DNA from: Octopus bimaculoides | Taxonomy: Eukaryota | Direction of reading: 5' to 3' | Assembly (NCBI RefSeq): GCF_001194135.2 | Contig: NC_068996.1 | Span: forward strand, 49,888,309 to 49,952,041 | Length of the DNA: 63,733 nucleotides | Shown here: one piece after another, positions 1 through 12,400 of the stretch | Layout: each line of letters begins with the position of its first letter | Position numbering within the stretch: the stretch's first letter is position 1 | The notes under the pieces: generated by a model | Database searches by the model: none | Told to the model about the DNA's origin: nothing | Seen by the model: only the letters and a program-made list of their open reading frames with translations | Made by a program: the position numbers and the translations under genes

Positions 1-653
1 GAATGAGAGTAAGGATTTTAACTGGAGTGTGACATGGCTTGCACAATAAATTGCGAATACTGTCAGCATTAATAATTATACATTCAATCTTAAAATTCAC
101 TTAATCTTGTGGGAAAGCTAAATTATGAGAAGATACCAGGAGGAAACCTCATAGGCAGATATCAGTACAAGCTGACTTTTAGTAGAAAGTTGTCATTGTT
201 ATCATCATAATCATCGCTTAATGTCCACCTTCCATGCTGGCATGGGTGGGATGATTTGACAAGAGCTGGCCAAGCAGAAGCCTGCACCAGAATTCTGTGA
301 CTATTTTGGCAGGATTTTTACAGCTGGATGTCCTTCCTAACACCAACCACTCAGCAGAGTGGACTTAGTGCTTTTTATGTGGTACCAGCACAGGCGAGGT
401 CAGTTTTGACAAGGTTTTTGCAACTCGATGCCCTTCCAAATGCTAACCACTTGGTGCTTTTTCTGTGGCACCTGCACTGGCAGGGTCACCAAGTAACTTG
501 CAAGACAAAAATCTTTTGATACTTATACAAATGCTTAAAAAAACTATGGAAGGCCATAAGAGAGATGTATGAGAAGAAGCTTAAGATTAGTAGACAGCCT
601 TTGAATGCTGTATGACATTGCTCAGGCAACACTTGTTAGACAAAGGCACTATA

Positions 654-736
654 CCATATGCCCGTGGGCATATGGCGTAGTGGTTAAGAACGTGGGCTAC
701 TAACCCCAAGATTCCGAGTTCGATTCCAGGCAGTGA

Positions 737-772
<36 letters not shown>

Positions 773-921
773 CATTGAAAAATACCTTAGGAATGAGAAC
801 CCAGGTTTGAAATTTCCCCAAGACACCTGAAGAAGGCTGGAGGGTATATCAGCCAAAACGTTGTGTTAACAACAAACAAGATGAGGACAAATATCCGTCA
901 AATGTAAATAATGTAAATAAT
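654..921 (+). mobile_element. tRNA-headed SINE with (AAT)n spacer and a hammerhead-like, Penelope-type 3' tail
   Basis: A box TGGCGTAGTGG (673-683), B box GTTCGATTCC (718-727), AAT repeat, hammerhead-like motif at 822-867, tail (AATGTAAAT)2. Confidence 0.75.
822..867 (+). ncRNA. Type I hammerhead ribozyme-like motif (G12 to A variant)
   Basis: Stem I GACAC/GTGTT; core CTGAAGA plus extra A; stem II GGCTG/CAGCC; AAAA instead of GAAA; stem III ACGT palindrome; GUU site. Confidence 0.7.
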
Positions 922-1189
922 AAAACAAGTTCTCAAAATGAAGTAAATAACATTCTATGAATTGGTAAAATTCTTGAGAACTCTTTATGAAACACTCACT
1001 TCCTGATAATTTTACCCCATACAGACCTAGAACTGCAGGGTTGGGTATCTCAGCAAAGACCTAGAAGAGGAGTTTAATACTGGCTGTCTATGGGAACTCC
1101 CTATATATTGATAGTTTGGCTTTTAAAATTGAATCTATAGGAGAATTAGAAAAGAAATTCTAGGTTTCACAGCTAAACCTAGAATTGAG

Positions 1190-2410
1190 AGGTCTTATGG
1201 TAAACAATGTAATGTATGCAAGAGTGGTTAGGTGTGTGTTTGTTAGTGTAAAGTGAAATGATATTGTTTAGACAGATGTCACAAATACGTTTCTCCAATA
1301 TGTAAGTGTCAATAGAAGTGACGTTTAAAAGAGGAAATAAAATTTTTTTAGTGATGGTCAAATGGCCAGTGGCAAGGAAGTGGATCCAAGGTGCATAGAA
1401 GTGTTGTGGATGTAAAGGTTCAGGAGCAAAAGAAAAATCAAGGCTGGATGAAGAGTTACAGATCAGAAGGGTATGCAAAGTAGGGACTTGGTTGAAAGAA
1501 GGGAATGGATATTCATAGAATATGGGAGAGGTGACAGGATCTAAGTGAAGTATCTACTTCACTAGGAAGTGTGCTGGATGGGCTATTGAAAGGATAAGAT
1601 ATTAAGGGTGGAAAGTGAAGGGAAGAGCAGATGGTGGTGGGGTGGAGCAAGATGTGAGCATGGAAATGCAACAAATGTTCCAGGTGTGGAGGCAGGTATT
1701 ATTGACAATAATCTGGGGGTAACAGTGATGCGTTAACTGGAGGGCCGTCAGGTGTGTCTAGATCTTGAAGTAATGATCATGGTTACAGAGACAGCAAATG
1801 CATAGAAACTGTGAACATGGGATGGGGGTGGGAAAAGGTGAAGTCAGTTGACTTATAGGTGTAGAGTAGAGAGGGAGAGATTTGGATAGTTAACAGTGAT
1901 AGTGATGTCGAAGAAATTGAAAGAGGATGGGTTGGTGGTAGAAGCAAAATCAATGATTAACTGAAAGGAATAAATGAAGTTGATGAAGGTGGTGAGTTGA
2001 GTATGAACAAGAGAGCTGGCCCCGGTGCAACCATCGATAAATGTACCATACAGTTCAGGGATGGACCAGTTAAGTAGATAAATATTTGAGCCTCAACATA
2101 AGCAACAAACAAGATAGCATAGGTAGTTTGCATGGTCACCTCAGTGACCTACTAGTAAAATTTACAGTAGAATGAGAACTAATTCAAAGGAGGAGCGTAG
2201 AGGTGCTGGGATCCAAGAAGTACTTAGGAGCAAGAGGACTATCATCTTGTAGGATGTCAGTATATAGGGATTTAATATCTAGAGCAAAGAAGGAGAGAGG
2301 AGCTAGGTGAGGAAGAAGAGGAATTGAACAGAAGAATGTAATTAGCATTATAAATGTGAGAAGTGCAGTAATCAATGGTTGGAGAATCCTTTTGAAGTTT
2401 CATTCATTTT
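1190..2410 (-). mobile_element. Decayed Penelope-like retroelement (RT plus GIY-YIG endonuclease remnants)
   Basis: Frameshifted peptides ALDIKSLYTDI, PSTSTLL, YAILFVAYVEAQIF, PELYGTFIDGCTG (YIDD-type motif) and LHIGET (GIY-YIG second motif) occur in the expected order. Confidence 0.8.
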
Positions 2411-2589
2411 CAGCACTTCCAGTTATGACTAGGAAACCTATAATGAACAGAAAGGGGTTGAAGACAGAGCCATAATAAATCCCACTAAATTCATTATAAG
2501 CTATCACCTTACTGGTTGCTCCTCAATACATAGCTGGTATAACTCTCTCCAACTCATTCATCTACCTTTAGCTTTCTTTGTGACCACTA

Positions 2590-2790
2590 AATAACAAAGC
2601 AAGGATCCTTTCAAAGACATTTTCCAGATCTACAAACGCTAGGTATAGTTTACTTCTAGTTAAGTACTTCTCTTGCAGTCATCTCATGAGGAAGATGGCA
2701 CCAGTGGTACCTCTTCCTGGCACAAGACCAAACAGCATCTTATCTAGATTAATCTTGTTCCTAATCAGTTTTGCAATAAATTGTAAGTAT
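2590..2790 (-). mobile_element. RTE-type LINE reverse transcriptase fragment
   Basis: LFGLVPGRGTTGAIFLMR*LQEKYLTRSKLYLAFVDLENVFERI matches the QFGF..GRGTTDAIF..RQLQEK..LYLAFVDLEKAFD motif. Confidence 0.85.
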
Positions 2791-3120
2791 ATCATCATCA
2801 TTTAATGCCTCTTCTCCATGCTAGCATAGGTTGGATAGTCTGACAGGATCTGCACAGGCAACAATTGTCTGTTTTGTTATGGTTTCAACAGCAGGATGCC
2901 CTTCCTAATGCCATTCTTGAAAAGTAGTATGGGATTTCTCACAGATCAATACATCTGTCAATTGCACACATAGATGTGTAACAAAATGGTCTGACACTGC
3001 TATAAGACAATACATTCTTGAGCAAACAAATAACCATTCAATGCAAATGATTGTAACATAACATGAGCAATACTTCTATTCTTATTTTTTTTACTATCAA
3101 TATATATCTATATATATATA

Positions 3121-3160
3121 TAGTCTGACGAATGGGAATGTGAAACTCTGAGTAATAGAT
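3121..3160 (+). ncRNA. Degenerate type I hammerhead-like motif
   Basis: CTGACGA (3125-3131), GAAA (3142-3145), near-palindromic stem III ACTC-T-GAGT, GUA site. Stems I and II are weak. Confidence 0.45.
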
Positions 3161-3574
3161 TTTGTGATGTCTTTGCAGCTTTATTAATAAAGCATATGGC
3201 TCTACTTCTGGTATTCAAGTACTATTTATGTGCTCACTCTAGTATGTATGTATATATATATATGAGGGAAGATCATTATCAGAAATGTTCTGAGTTCAAA
3301 TCTCACCAATGCTGACTTATCCCACTTCTAGGTTTGATAAAATTAATTCCAGGCAAGTACCAGGACTAGGATATTTAACTGTCCTCAGAACACATCAAAG
3401 AAATCCCTAGGACTTGAACCTCAGATCACAGAAAGGTGAAACCTCTGGCAATTTATCTGAATAAGTGCATGCATGGATAAATAGTAATAATACACATATG
3501 TATGTTTAAGGAGTTTTTGCTTTGCAACCAAATGAATTCAATTTTGGTCACACAGGATATTTTTCACGTGATCG

Positions 3575-3915
3575 ATGTCAGAACCGTCTGACTCATGCTC
3601 GTGCTGGTGGCATGTTAGAAGCACCATCCAAACATGGCCGATTCCAGTACCCACTGACTGGTTCTCCTGCAGGTGGCATGTAAAAAGCACTATCCGAATG
3701 TGATCAATGCCAGGCCCGCCTAATTGGCCCTCGTGTTGGTGGCATGTAAAAAGTACCCACTACACTCTCGGAGTGGTTGGCATTAGGAAGGACATCCAGC
3801 TGTAGAAACTCTGCCAGATCAGATTGGAGACTGGTGCAGCGGTTGGTTCTCCAGACCTCAGTCAAACCGTCCAACCCATGCCAGAATGGAAAAACAGATG
3901 TTAAATGATGATGAT
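3575..3915 (+). mobile_element. RTE-LINE 3' UTR family copy (GATGATGAT tail)
   Basis: Family motif GGAAGGGCATCCAGCTGTAGAAACT...CCAACCCATGC.AGCATGGAAA.CGGACGTTAAA(TGA)n. Other copies near 200-520, 8050-8225, 9885-10207, 10510-10625, 14850-15030, 41826-42135, 45630-45870 and 55150-55340. Confidence 0.8.
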
Positions 3916-5155
3916 CATCATGATGGTGGTGGTGGTGGTGGGCAGATATCTTTCACTAGAGCAGACCAACCAAAAGCCATGTCAGTGGAACTAGTAGGCA
4001 GAAACAGAAAGAAGCCTATTGTATGTACGCATTCATGAATGCATACATACATACATACTAGGCATGTGCCATCAGTAATTACTGAGGGTAGGTAGTTGTG
4101 ACCTTTATGTAATAAAACATACAAAAAATAAGCGAAACAAACACAGGTGCACGACTGCCTTTATAGGTGTTGTAGGAATGTACGCAGCATGAATACTACA
4201 GCAATCCTATGCATAGCTTAAATACTAAGATTGAAAGGCAGGGGCGAATTATGCCTACGTAATCTATGAAAAAATAAAATATTTTGCATTTTATGCATAG
4301 TAATCAGAGTAACCTTCATAATTCTATTGAATTAGGTGCATATTTTGCCATAAAAGGTAAATGTTACTATCGATCTATTTCATTCAGGTTAGGCACTGCC
4401 TACCTTGTCTATCTAGGCAGCACGTCCCTGATACATACATACACACACGTATGGTACTAACATAATTGTTTGTTTTAGGAGTTTTTGGTTCACAACCACA
4501 TGGATTCAATTCCAATCTCACTGAGTGATACTTAGAGCAAGTACCTTTTACTAAAGACCTTGGCCAACCAATGCCATGTGAGTGGATTCGATAGACAGAA
4601 ACAGAAAAGTGTATAATGTATGTGTGTGTATGCACATCTGTGTGTGTGTGTGTGTGTTCATGTCTCTTTGTTTTGACACAGCATGTTAATTGTAAACAAA
4701 GATCATCGTCACAAAAGTATTGTTGTTCATTTGAGATCATCCGTGAAAATATGCACAGTCATTGTACTCTTCATGTTCGAATAACAAGAAAATATTACTT
4801 TACTAGGAAATAGGGCAAAGTTGGCAACCCAAAAAGCATCTGGCCTTAGAAAACCTGCCACAATTAATTTTATCTGACCCAAGGAAAGTATTAAAATGGT
4901 GATGATAATTTCTAAAACTGAATGTTTCTTTCTAGTAATGCATGGAGAGTTATTGTCACAGAAATTATTTATCTATCTAGCTATTCCTACATGTAGCTAA
5001 GACTCACACACACACAATAGAATACAAATGAGAGTGGCAGGAGCAGTTAAGCCAACAATTTATCATGCTCTCTCTCTCTCCCTCCCTCTCTCTCTCTCAA
5101 TCTATCTCTTTACTACTTTCTCATGTATTCTTGCGTCATTACTATCTGGACACAC

Positions 5156-5205
<50 letters not shown>

Positions 5206-5907
5206 CTACCCCTCTCTCTATTAACACACACACACACACATAAATACTATTTACTGTTTACTTGTTTCAGTCATTTGGCTGTGGCCATGCTGGGGCATTA
5301 CCTTGAAGTTTAGTCAAACAAATCGGCCCCCAAAACTTATTTTTTAAGCCTAGTACTTGTTCTATTGGTTACTTTTAGCTGAACTGCTAGGTTACAGGGG
5401 TTTAAACACACCAACACTGATTGTCAAGCAGTGGTAGGGGACAAACACAGACATAAAGATACACACACATAGATATATAAATAAATATATATATATATAA
5501 ACCTAAATATATATAAACACACACACACCCACATATATATATATATATATACACACACATACATACATGTTGAAACAAATCCATTCACAAGGATTTGGTT
5601 GACCCAAGGTTATAGTAGAAGACACTCACCCAAGGTGCCATGCAGTGGGACTGAACCTGAGACCATGTGGTTGGTAAGCAAGCTTCTTACTATACAGCCA
5701 TGCCTGTGCCTATATCATTATCATCATTTAATGTCCACTTTCCATGCTAGTATGGGTGGATGGTTTGACTGAAAATTGGTGAGCTGCACCAGGTACCAGT
5801 CTGATTGAGCATGGTTTCTATGGTTGGTTCCTTATGCCAACTACTCCAAGAGTGTAGCAGGGGAGGGCTAGCTTAGCTATTTCTCTGTAGAGTGAGAAAA
5901 TGATGAA

Positions 5908-5955
5908 CAGCTTTAATCGATTTTCAAACCTTATTGGATTCTCATCAGAGGAGAC
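5908..5955 (-). ncRNA. Degenerate type I hammerhead-like motif, sense to the kibra transcript
   Basis: CTGATGA (5948-5942), decayed stem II GAATCC/GGTTT, GAAA, palindromic stem III AATCGATT, UUA site. Stem I is poor. Confidence 0.5.
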
Positions 5956-6587
5956 TACATCAATTTGACCCATCCCAGAGAAACAAACAGCTAATCTGTT
6001 TGTAGACTCAACAATTAGACAGTAGCTACAGAAAACTGGTGCCCCTCATTTGCATACCAAATGTATTAAATCATCACAGGCACAAACACTTTTAGTTACA
6101 TTGCTTGATACGTCAATCAACCATTTTCTCTCCCTCTCTGTTTACCAGTCTGTCATGTGCTCCTTCAGTCTTAGTCACATACTTACACACACACACACAC
6201 CCCTCATCTTTCCCTCCACACTTCCCTATATATTAATCAATTTATCTATCTCTGTGTGTGTGTGTGTATACACACACAAGCATATATGTGCATGTGTATG
6301 TCCAAGTCCACACCAAGCCACACACAAACCACTACATCAAGTCTTTCTCCCTCTAAACATCAGCTACCTGGAAGCTCCTACCTGTTCATGTTTTCCTGCA
6401 AGTGTCAACATGCAGTAGTGAAAGTGGAACATTGCCAAGGGCAGTTTGACTGCCTTTGGATGCTCTAGATGCAACATTTATACACATACACATTCATGTG
6501 TATATAACATATAAATGCATCATCATTTAATGTCCGTTTTCTGTGGGTTAGGTGGTGTGTATGTGTCTGTATGCCATGGGTTGGGTG

Positions 6588-6635
<48 letters not shown>

Positions 6636-6709
6636 TTGTTATAAGATCATAAGCCAGAAAAAGAGTATACCCTAAAATAAATAGATATATATAAATATAC
6701 ATACATTTA

Positions 6710-6781
<72 letters not shown>

Positions 6782-8801
6782 CACACACACATATATATAT
6801 AAATATATATAGTGAAGGCGCATGGTTCAGTAGTTAGAACACTGAGCTCACAATCATGATGTTGCAAGTTCGAATCCCGGACAGGGCTGTGTGTTGTGTT
6901 CTTGAGCAAGACACTTTATTTCACGTTGCTCCAGTTCACTCAGCTGTAGAAATGAGTTGCAAGATTACTGGTGCCAAGTTGTATCGGCCCTTTTGCTTTT
7001 CTCTTGGATAACATCGGTGGTGGGGAAAGGGAAGGCTGGTGTGCATGGGCAACTGTTGGTCTTCCATAAACAACCTTGACCAGACTTGTGCCTTGGAAGG
7101 GAACTTTCTAGGTGCAATCCCATGGTCATTTATAACCAAAGTGGGTCTTTACTTCTCTTTTACATACTGTTGCCACAATTATTATTTATCAGAGCTTAAT
7201 GGCAATATTTCATTAAATCCAAAAGGGTGAAAAAGCAGGGTTTGAACTGAGAATTTACATAGAATATATAGCATGAAACCAAGAAAACAAACAAAAAATA
7301 AAAAAAGAAAACACAATAAACATATTCACCACTATTATTGACAGAACGGGTACACTGGTATGTGTGTATCACGGTATCAAAAAATTGACCAGGCTATCAT
7401 ATGATGTTATACAATGCTGATCACAATGCGCTTGCATCATTTTAGCTTTTGAATGACACCACCTCACTGGTTAGGCGAGCAAACTAACATTTCCCCTGAT
7501 AGAAAGGCTATTCCATCACAGGAGTACCCTTTTATACCCCTTTACAACTAAGTTGACTAGAACAACATGCCACCCAATCCAGAAAATGAACCCACTAGGC
7601 CACATACCTATCACACACGCACACATTCCAGAAGGTGACAAGTTCTAAAGAAACTATGCCGCACTACTTAGCATACAGTACTCAAGAGTAAGTCTGAGAG
7701 TGAATAAAATATTTAATCCTAAGTCATTTGTCTGAAAAAATATATTCTGTTGGAATGATTATGGCTTATATATATATATATATATNNNNNNNNNNNNNNN
7801 NNNNNNNNNNNNNNNNNNNNNNNNNNNNNNNNNNNNNNNNNNNNNNNNNNNNNNNNNNNNNNNNNNNNNNNNNNNNNNNNNNNNNNNNNNNNNNNNNNNN
7901 NNNNNNNNNNNNNNNNNNNNNNNNNNTGTTTGCATGTGTGTGTGTGTGTCACACTCTAATCTTTCATCATCCAGCACAGGATCACCTCCTCCAATGCCAC
8001 ATCCCCTCTCAAAAGATCTTTTTCTTGAAAGTGACCTTGCCAGTGCTGGGACCACATAAAAAGCACTCAGTCCACTCTATGGGGTGGTTGGTGTTAGGAA
8101 GGGCAACCAGCTGTAAAAACCCTGCCAAAACAGGCAGTGAAGCATGGTGCAGTCTTTTGCCTTGCTAGCTCTTGTCAAACTGCCCAACCCATGCCAGCAT
8201 GGAAAGCAGATGTGAAATGATGATGTATGTATGTAAACAAGAGATATGAAAACACATCATTTGGTGAAACAGACCAATATTTTCCAAAACTCAAACACAA
8301 ACATGAATTGTTCTTATGGAAAATTTTGAACATCCATTTCACATAACAAAATAAGTTACTGAACTGAGGCATGGTATGAATGGTTAAGAAATTCATTTCA
8401 CAATCTTATTATTCCAGGTTTTATTCCCTTAGCACCATCTGAGTGACAGAGCTGTGTGGAAAAAACTGTTTGTTGTACACGTGTGTCTGTGTCTGTCTTT
8501 TAATAATGTAGATCAGTGATGGATATAAACATCAGTGAGAAAAACAAAAAAACTAGTATTTCCCAAACAAAATTCATTGAGATATATTTGTTCCGCATTA
8601 AGGTACAGACACTTCCTTGTCATATTCAGCATCAGAAATACACAGAGTTGAATGCTTATTGTCCAGCAATCTCCATATACAACTTATATATATATATATA
8701 TTTATTATTATTATTTTGCTTAAGAAGAGCAATACTAATAACCAACTGTTAGAACTCGATATACATAAGAATCAAGTATCAGTTGAGTATAGACCAGTAA
8801 T

Positions 8802-9101
8802 GTGGAGGCGCAATGGCCCAGTGGTTAGGGCAGCGGACTCACGGTCGGAGGATTGCGGTTTCGATTCCCAGACCGGGCTTGTGTGTATTTATTGAGCAAA
8901 AACACCTAAAGCTCCACGAGGCTCCAGCAGGGGGTGGTGACGACCCCTGTTGTACTCTTTCGCCCCAACTTTCTCTCACTCTTTCTTCCTGTTTCTTGAG
9001 TAACGCTGCGATGGTCTAGTGTCCCATCCAGCTGGGGGGAACACCTACGCCATAGAAACTGGGCCCATGAGCCTGGCTAGGCTTTGAAAGGGCGACGTTT
9101 T
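8802..9101 (+). mobile_element. Full-length tRNA-derived SINE with 14-bp TSD
   Basis: A box TGGCCCAGTGG, B box GGTTTCGATTCC. TSD TATAGACCAGTAAT at 8788-8801 and 9102-9115. Confidence 0.9.
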
Positions 9102-9810
9102 TATAGACCAGTAATAAATTAAAATGACAAGTGAATAAGAAATTATGCTGTGAACTTCATTAGCTTATGGCTGTTTCTGCAATAACATGCAATACGCTAT
9201 CTGAATGCTTTTCTATCACTCTATAGCTTCAAACATAGAATGCAACATACTCACTTATTCTTGTGGGACTAGTTTTTAATAGCCAAACAACTTGATTACG
9301 ATCCAAACAGAATAATTGAAATTCTTATCTAAGTACTGAAATTTTAACCCAAATACCAATCTCCACCTAGCATCATTGAAAATTCGGTCCACTTATCTCA
9401 ATTATTTTTTCTATTGCTACCACTACAACCTCTTGCCCCTCTGACCTTACTAACTTACATTTATGTTAGACTCTACTGTGTCACAAGGTTCAATTACGTT
9501 TCCACTCATGCTTCTGTTTATTAATGACCTACTAGCAGACACTATTAAACACATGCACTCTTAAGTAGATACAACCAACTTTCACTCCTTAACCTTCTGC
9601 ATACAAGCATCACACACACACTCCACATGACCAAGAAAACTTATGTCAGACTGGCAGATTCCAAGAAACATTCTTGCAGCACTGTTGTTTACTTACTGAT
9701 CAACAACGCACAGTTTAAAATTCTCAAATTTAAAATACTGCATACAGAACATGGATGAAAAAAAATAATATTTTTTTCAAAGCCTTGCATTACAGGTGAA
9801 GGTCTTTTGT

Positions 9811-9880
9811 CATCTTTTGTCATTCATCCCCGATAACACAATATGCATCTTTTGTCATTCATCCCTGATAACACAATATG
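9811..9880. repeat. 35-bp tandem duplication
   Basis: CATCTTTTGTCATTCATCCC(C/T)GATAACACAATATG occurs twice with one mismatch. Confidence 0.9.
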
Positions 9881-11496
9881 CTTTACCAGCATTGCCTTAC
9901 TGGCACGTTAGAAAATCATTTGAGCGAGGTCATTGCCAGTGCCGCTGGACTGGCTCCTGTGCAGGTGGCACATAAAATACACCATTTTGAGCATGGCCAT
10001 TGCCAGTACCGCCTGACTGGCCTTCGTGCCGGTGGCACGTAAAAGCACCCACTACACTCTCGGAGTAGTTGGCATTAGGAAGGGCATCCAGCTGTAGAAA
10101 CTCTGACAGATCAGATTGGAGCCTGGTGCAGCCATCTGGTTCACCAGTCCGCAGTCAAATCGTCCAACCCATGCTAGCATGGGAAGCGGACGTTAAACGA
10201 TGAACGATGTGAGCAAACTGTTACACTTGTCACAAATTAATTTGTAATATGAACATGGTCAACAATCAGTCAAAGTTTCTGCTTGAACTGCAAAAGCGCA
10301 CCCAGGCAGCCTTCGACAATCACAAGACAAATTGGGGTCTCAGAATGAAACTTATTTTTCCTATATGTTCTATAATGCCTTTATCACTGGTTCATTTAAC
10401 ATGGCTTTTTTTTTTTTAAACCAAACACCAGTAATAAATGAAGATAGATGTACTTTAGCCCAGATTAGTTGCTGGCCCTCAAAACAAAAATGCAAAAGTG
10501 AAACTCATTTTAGAATGCTACTTTCTTGCCAGATCAGACTGGAGCCTGGTTCAGCCTCCTGGCGTGCCAGTCCTCAGTCAAACCATCCAACCCATGTCAG
10601 CATGGAAAGCGGAAGTTAAACAACAATGATAATGAGGACTTTCATATCTGGTTTAATGAAACTGGTAACACACACAGACACATACATCCACTAGAAGGCT
10701 TTGTTAACAAAGACTCAGTGATTAACAAGCTATTGGTATTCATTTTTTTCTAATTCTCCTACCACTACTACATGGCTCCTGTGTCAATGTACTGGCTAGC
10801 CATTTGTGTTAATATCTCCACCCAACTCTCACGCGCACTGACCAACCTTATTTTGACTCCCTCCCAAACTGCATTTTATACTTTTTCCGATTCTTCCTAT
10901 CTGGAACTGCTGAACAGCGCTAACCACGACATTATCAACAGACTAGGAAGAGCCACAAAGGTCATGGTACTGTTCCTTACTTATATTAAGCTTTTTAAAA
11001 AAATTACAGTTTACATCCCCTCCCCTTCTGAATGAGCATCTGGCACGAAAATATTGCAAAGATTAATAGTATACAAATCAATAATAATAATAATAACAAC
11101 AATAATAACAGTAATAATACATATCACACATCAATTGTTTCAACCTCACTTTGTCAATGAAAATTACACATTTGGGAGCACCCAAAAAAGTCCATGGGTC
11201 TTTTGCTCTCAAACCAGATAAAACAAATAAAGAAAAGCCTATTTTAGAGTCAATCATCTCTGAATAATTTCTGTAATGATCTGCCAAATCAAGACGAGGA
11301 ACTGTAAAAAAATTCTCATGTTTGACAGGTAAACAGTTCTTAAAACCATTTATCATATTTCAAGAAAATTATGCATTAGGAAAATTATTCCAGTGTAACT
11401 GCAAATTCAGACAAACATTGAAATTTACAGAATTATATATAAGTGGTCTTTGCAATAAATAACACTTTGATTAAAAATCATGTGAAATATACTTAC

Positions 11497-11656
11497 GCAG
11501 CTAGAGTTTCTACACCTTGCTCTTTGTAATGCACTCGGGCTCGAACTTGTTCCAGTTCTTGCTTAAGCCTTGCAACTCTCTGTTTTGCATGAGAAACATC
11601 AGCTTTCAGCAAATCTGGGTCGTATTTGGTGCTTCCTACGCTCGAGTTGGAATTCA
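11497..11656 (-). CDS. kibra: kibra/WWC coding exon 5 (coiled coil)
   Basis: (L)NSNSSVGSTKYDPDLLKADVSHAKQRVARLKQELEQVRARVHYKEQGVETLA(A), 160 nt. TTTCAG acceptor, GTAAGT donor. Resembles KIBRA KYDPEILKAEIATAKSRV. No further exon recognised in 1-11496. Confidence 0.95.
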
Positions 11657-11802
11657 CTGAAATATAACAATTAGGTTAATTTAAAATTCTATAATGCATA
11701 ACTTTTGGAATCAAAATGATAAATAAGATAAATGATCTATTTAGTCTTTGTATTTGGTTTGCAAGATTCCTGATGTGAATTTGCGTATTGAAACAAATTT
11801 TG

Positions 11803-12133
11803 TTGTGTCTTGGGAGGGTCATTATGCCAATAACAACAACACATGTACAGGTTCAGTTCCACTTCTTTATTATTGGTTAAATATCTAACTAACTAACTAA
11901 CTAATGGATCATTTGTTTAACATGTTGGTTAAACAATCAATTGAAAGCTGACCTTGGAGTGAGTAGGGATGTCACGGGCTACTGAAAAGGTTGCAAATAT
12001 TAACGAAAGAACTTTGACAGACAAAAAACAACTGATAGATTGTTTAACCAACGATTAGTTAATAATAAAGAAGTGGAATTGAACCTGTGTTTTGTGTTAT
12101 TAATATTGGTGTAATGACTCTTCCAAGACACAA
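11803..12133. mobile_element. Fold-back/MITE-like element in kibra intron 4
   Basis: Imperfect inverted arms TTGTGTCTTGGGAGGGTCATTA...GTTCCACTTCTTTATTATT and AATAATAAAGAAGTGGAATT...TAATGACTCTTCCAAGACACAA, plus inner arms GTTGGTTAAACAATC/GATTGTTTAACCAAC. Confidence 0.8.
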
Positions 12134-12291
12134 ATTATCTACATTAGGCATAACGTAAGTATGTTCTTTAAAGAAACATACTTACATGACAAAAATTGTC
12201 AAGGGTTTTCAAAATAATTATTTCATTCATTAAGCATTTTAACTTAATTTTCTATATTATTTAAAAAAACGATTTTAAAAATCAAACTTAC

Positions 12292-12400
12292 AACTAGTAT
12301 GTGATGATTTCCATCCACCCAAAGCTTCATTGTAATGTTTGTAGTCTTCTTGAGCAAGTTGCAACCGTTGTTCTTTCACAGAGAAAATTTCTCTGGTTGC
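12292..12400 (-). CDS. kibra: kibra/WWC coding exon 4 (coiled coil)
   Basis: ATREIFSVKEQRLQLAQEDYKHYNEALGGWKSSHTS(L), 109 nt. TTTTTCTAG acceptor, GTAAGT donor. Resembles KIBRA KEIYQVKQQRLELAQQEY. Confidence 0.95.

Noticed and set aside
666-740. Possible tRNA gene
   Set aside because: A/B boxes are present but acceptor and anticodon stems do not pair properly and it continues into a SINE body.
1040-1110. EEFNTGCLWEL peptide as a host exon
   Set aside because: Resembles the RTE RT motif EEF.TGCPWELLYADD, so it is a tiny LINE relic.
11078-11356. Minus-strand ORF as kibra exon 6
   Set aside because: The candidate acceptor gives a stop in the required phase and there is no similarity to the expected Kibra sequence. 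Exon 6 probably lies outside the window.
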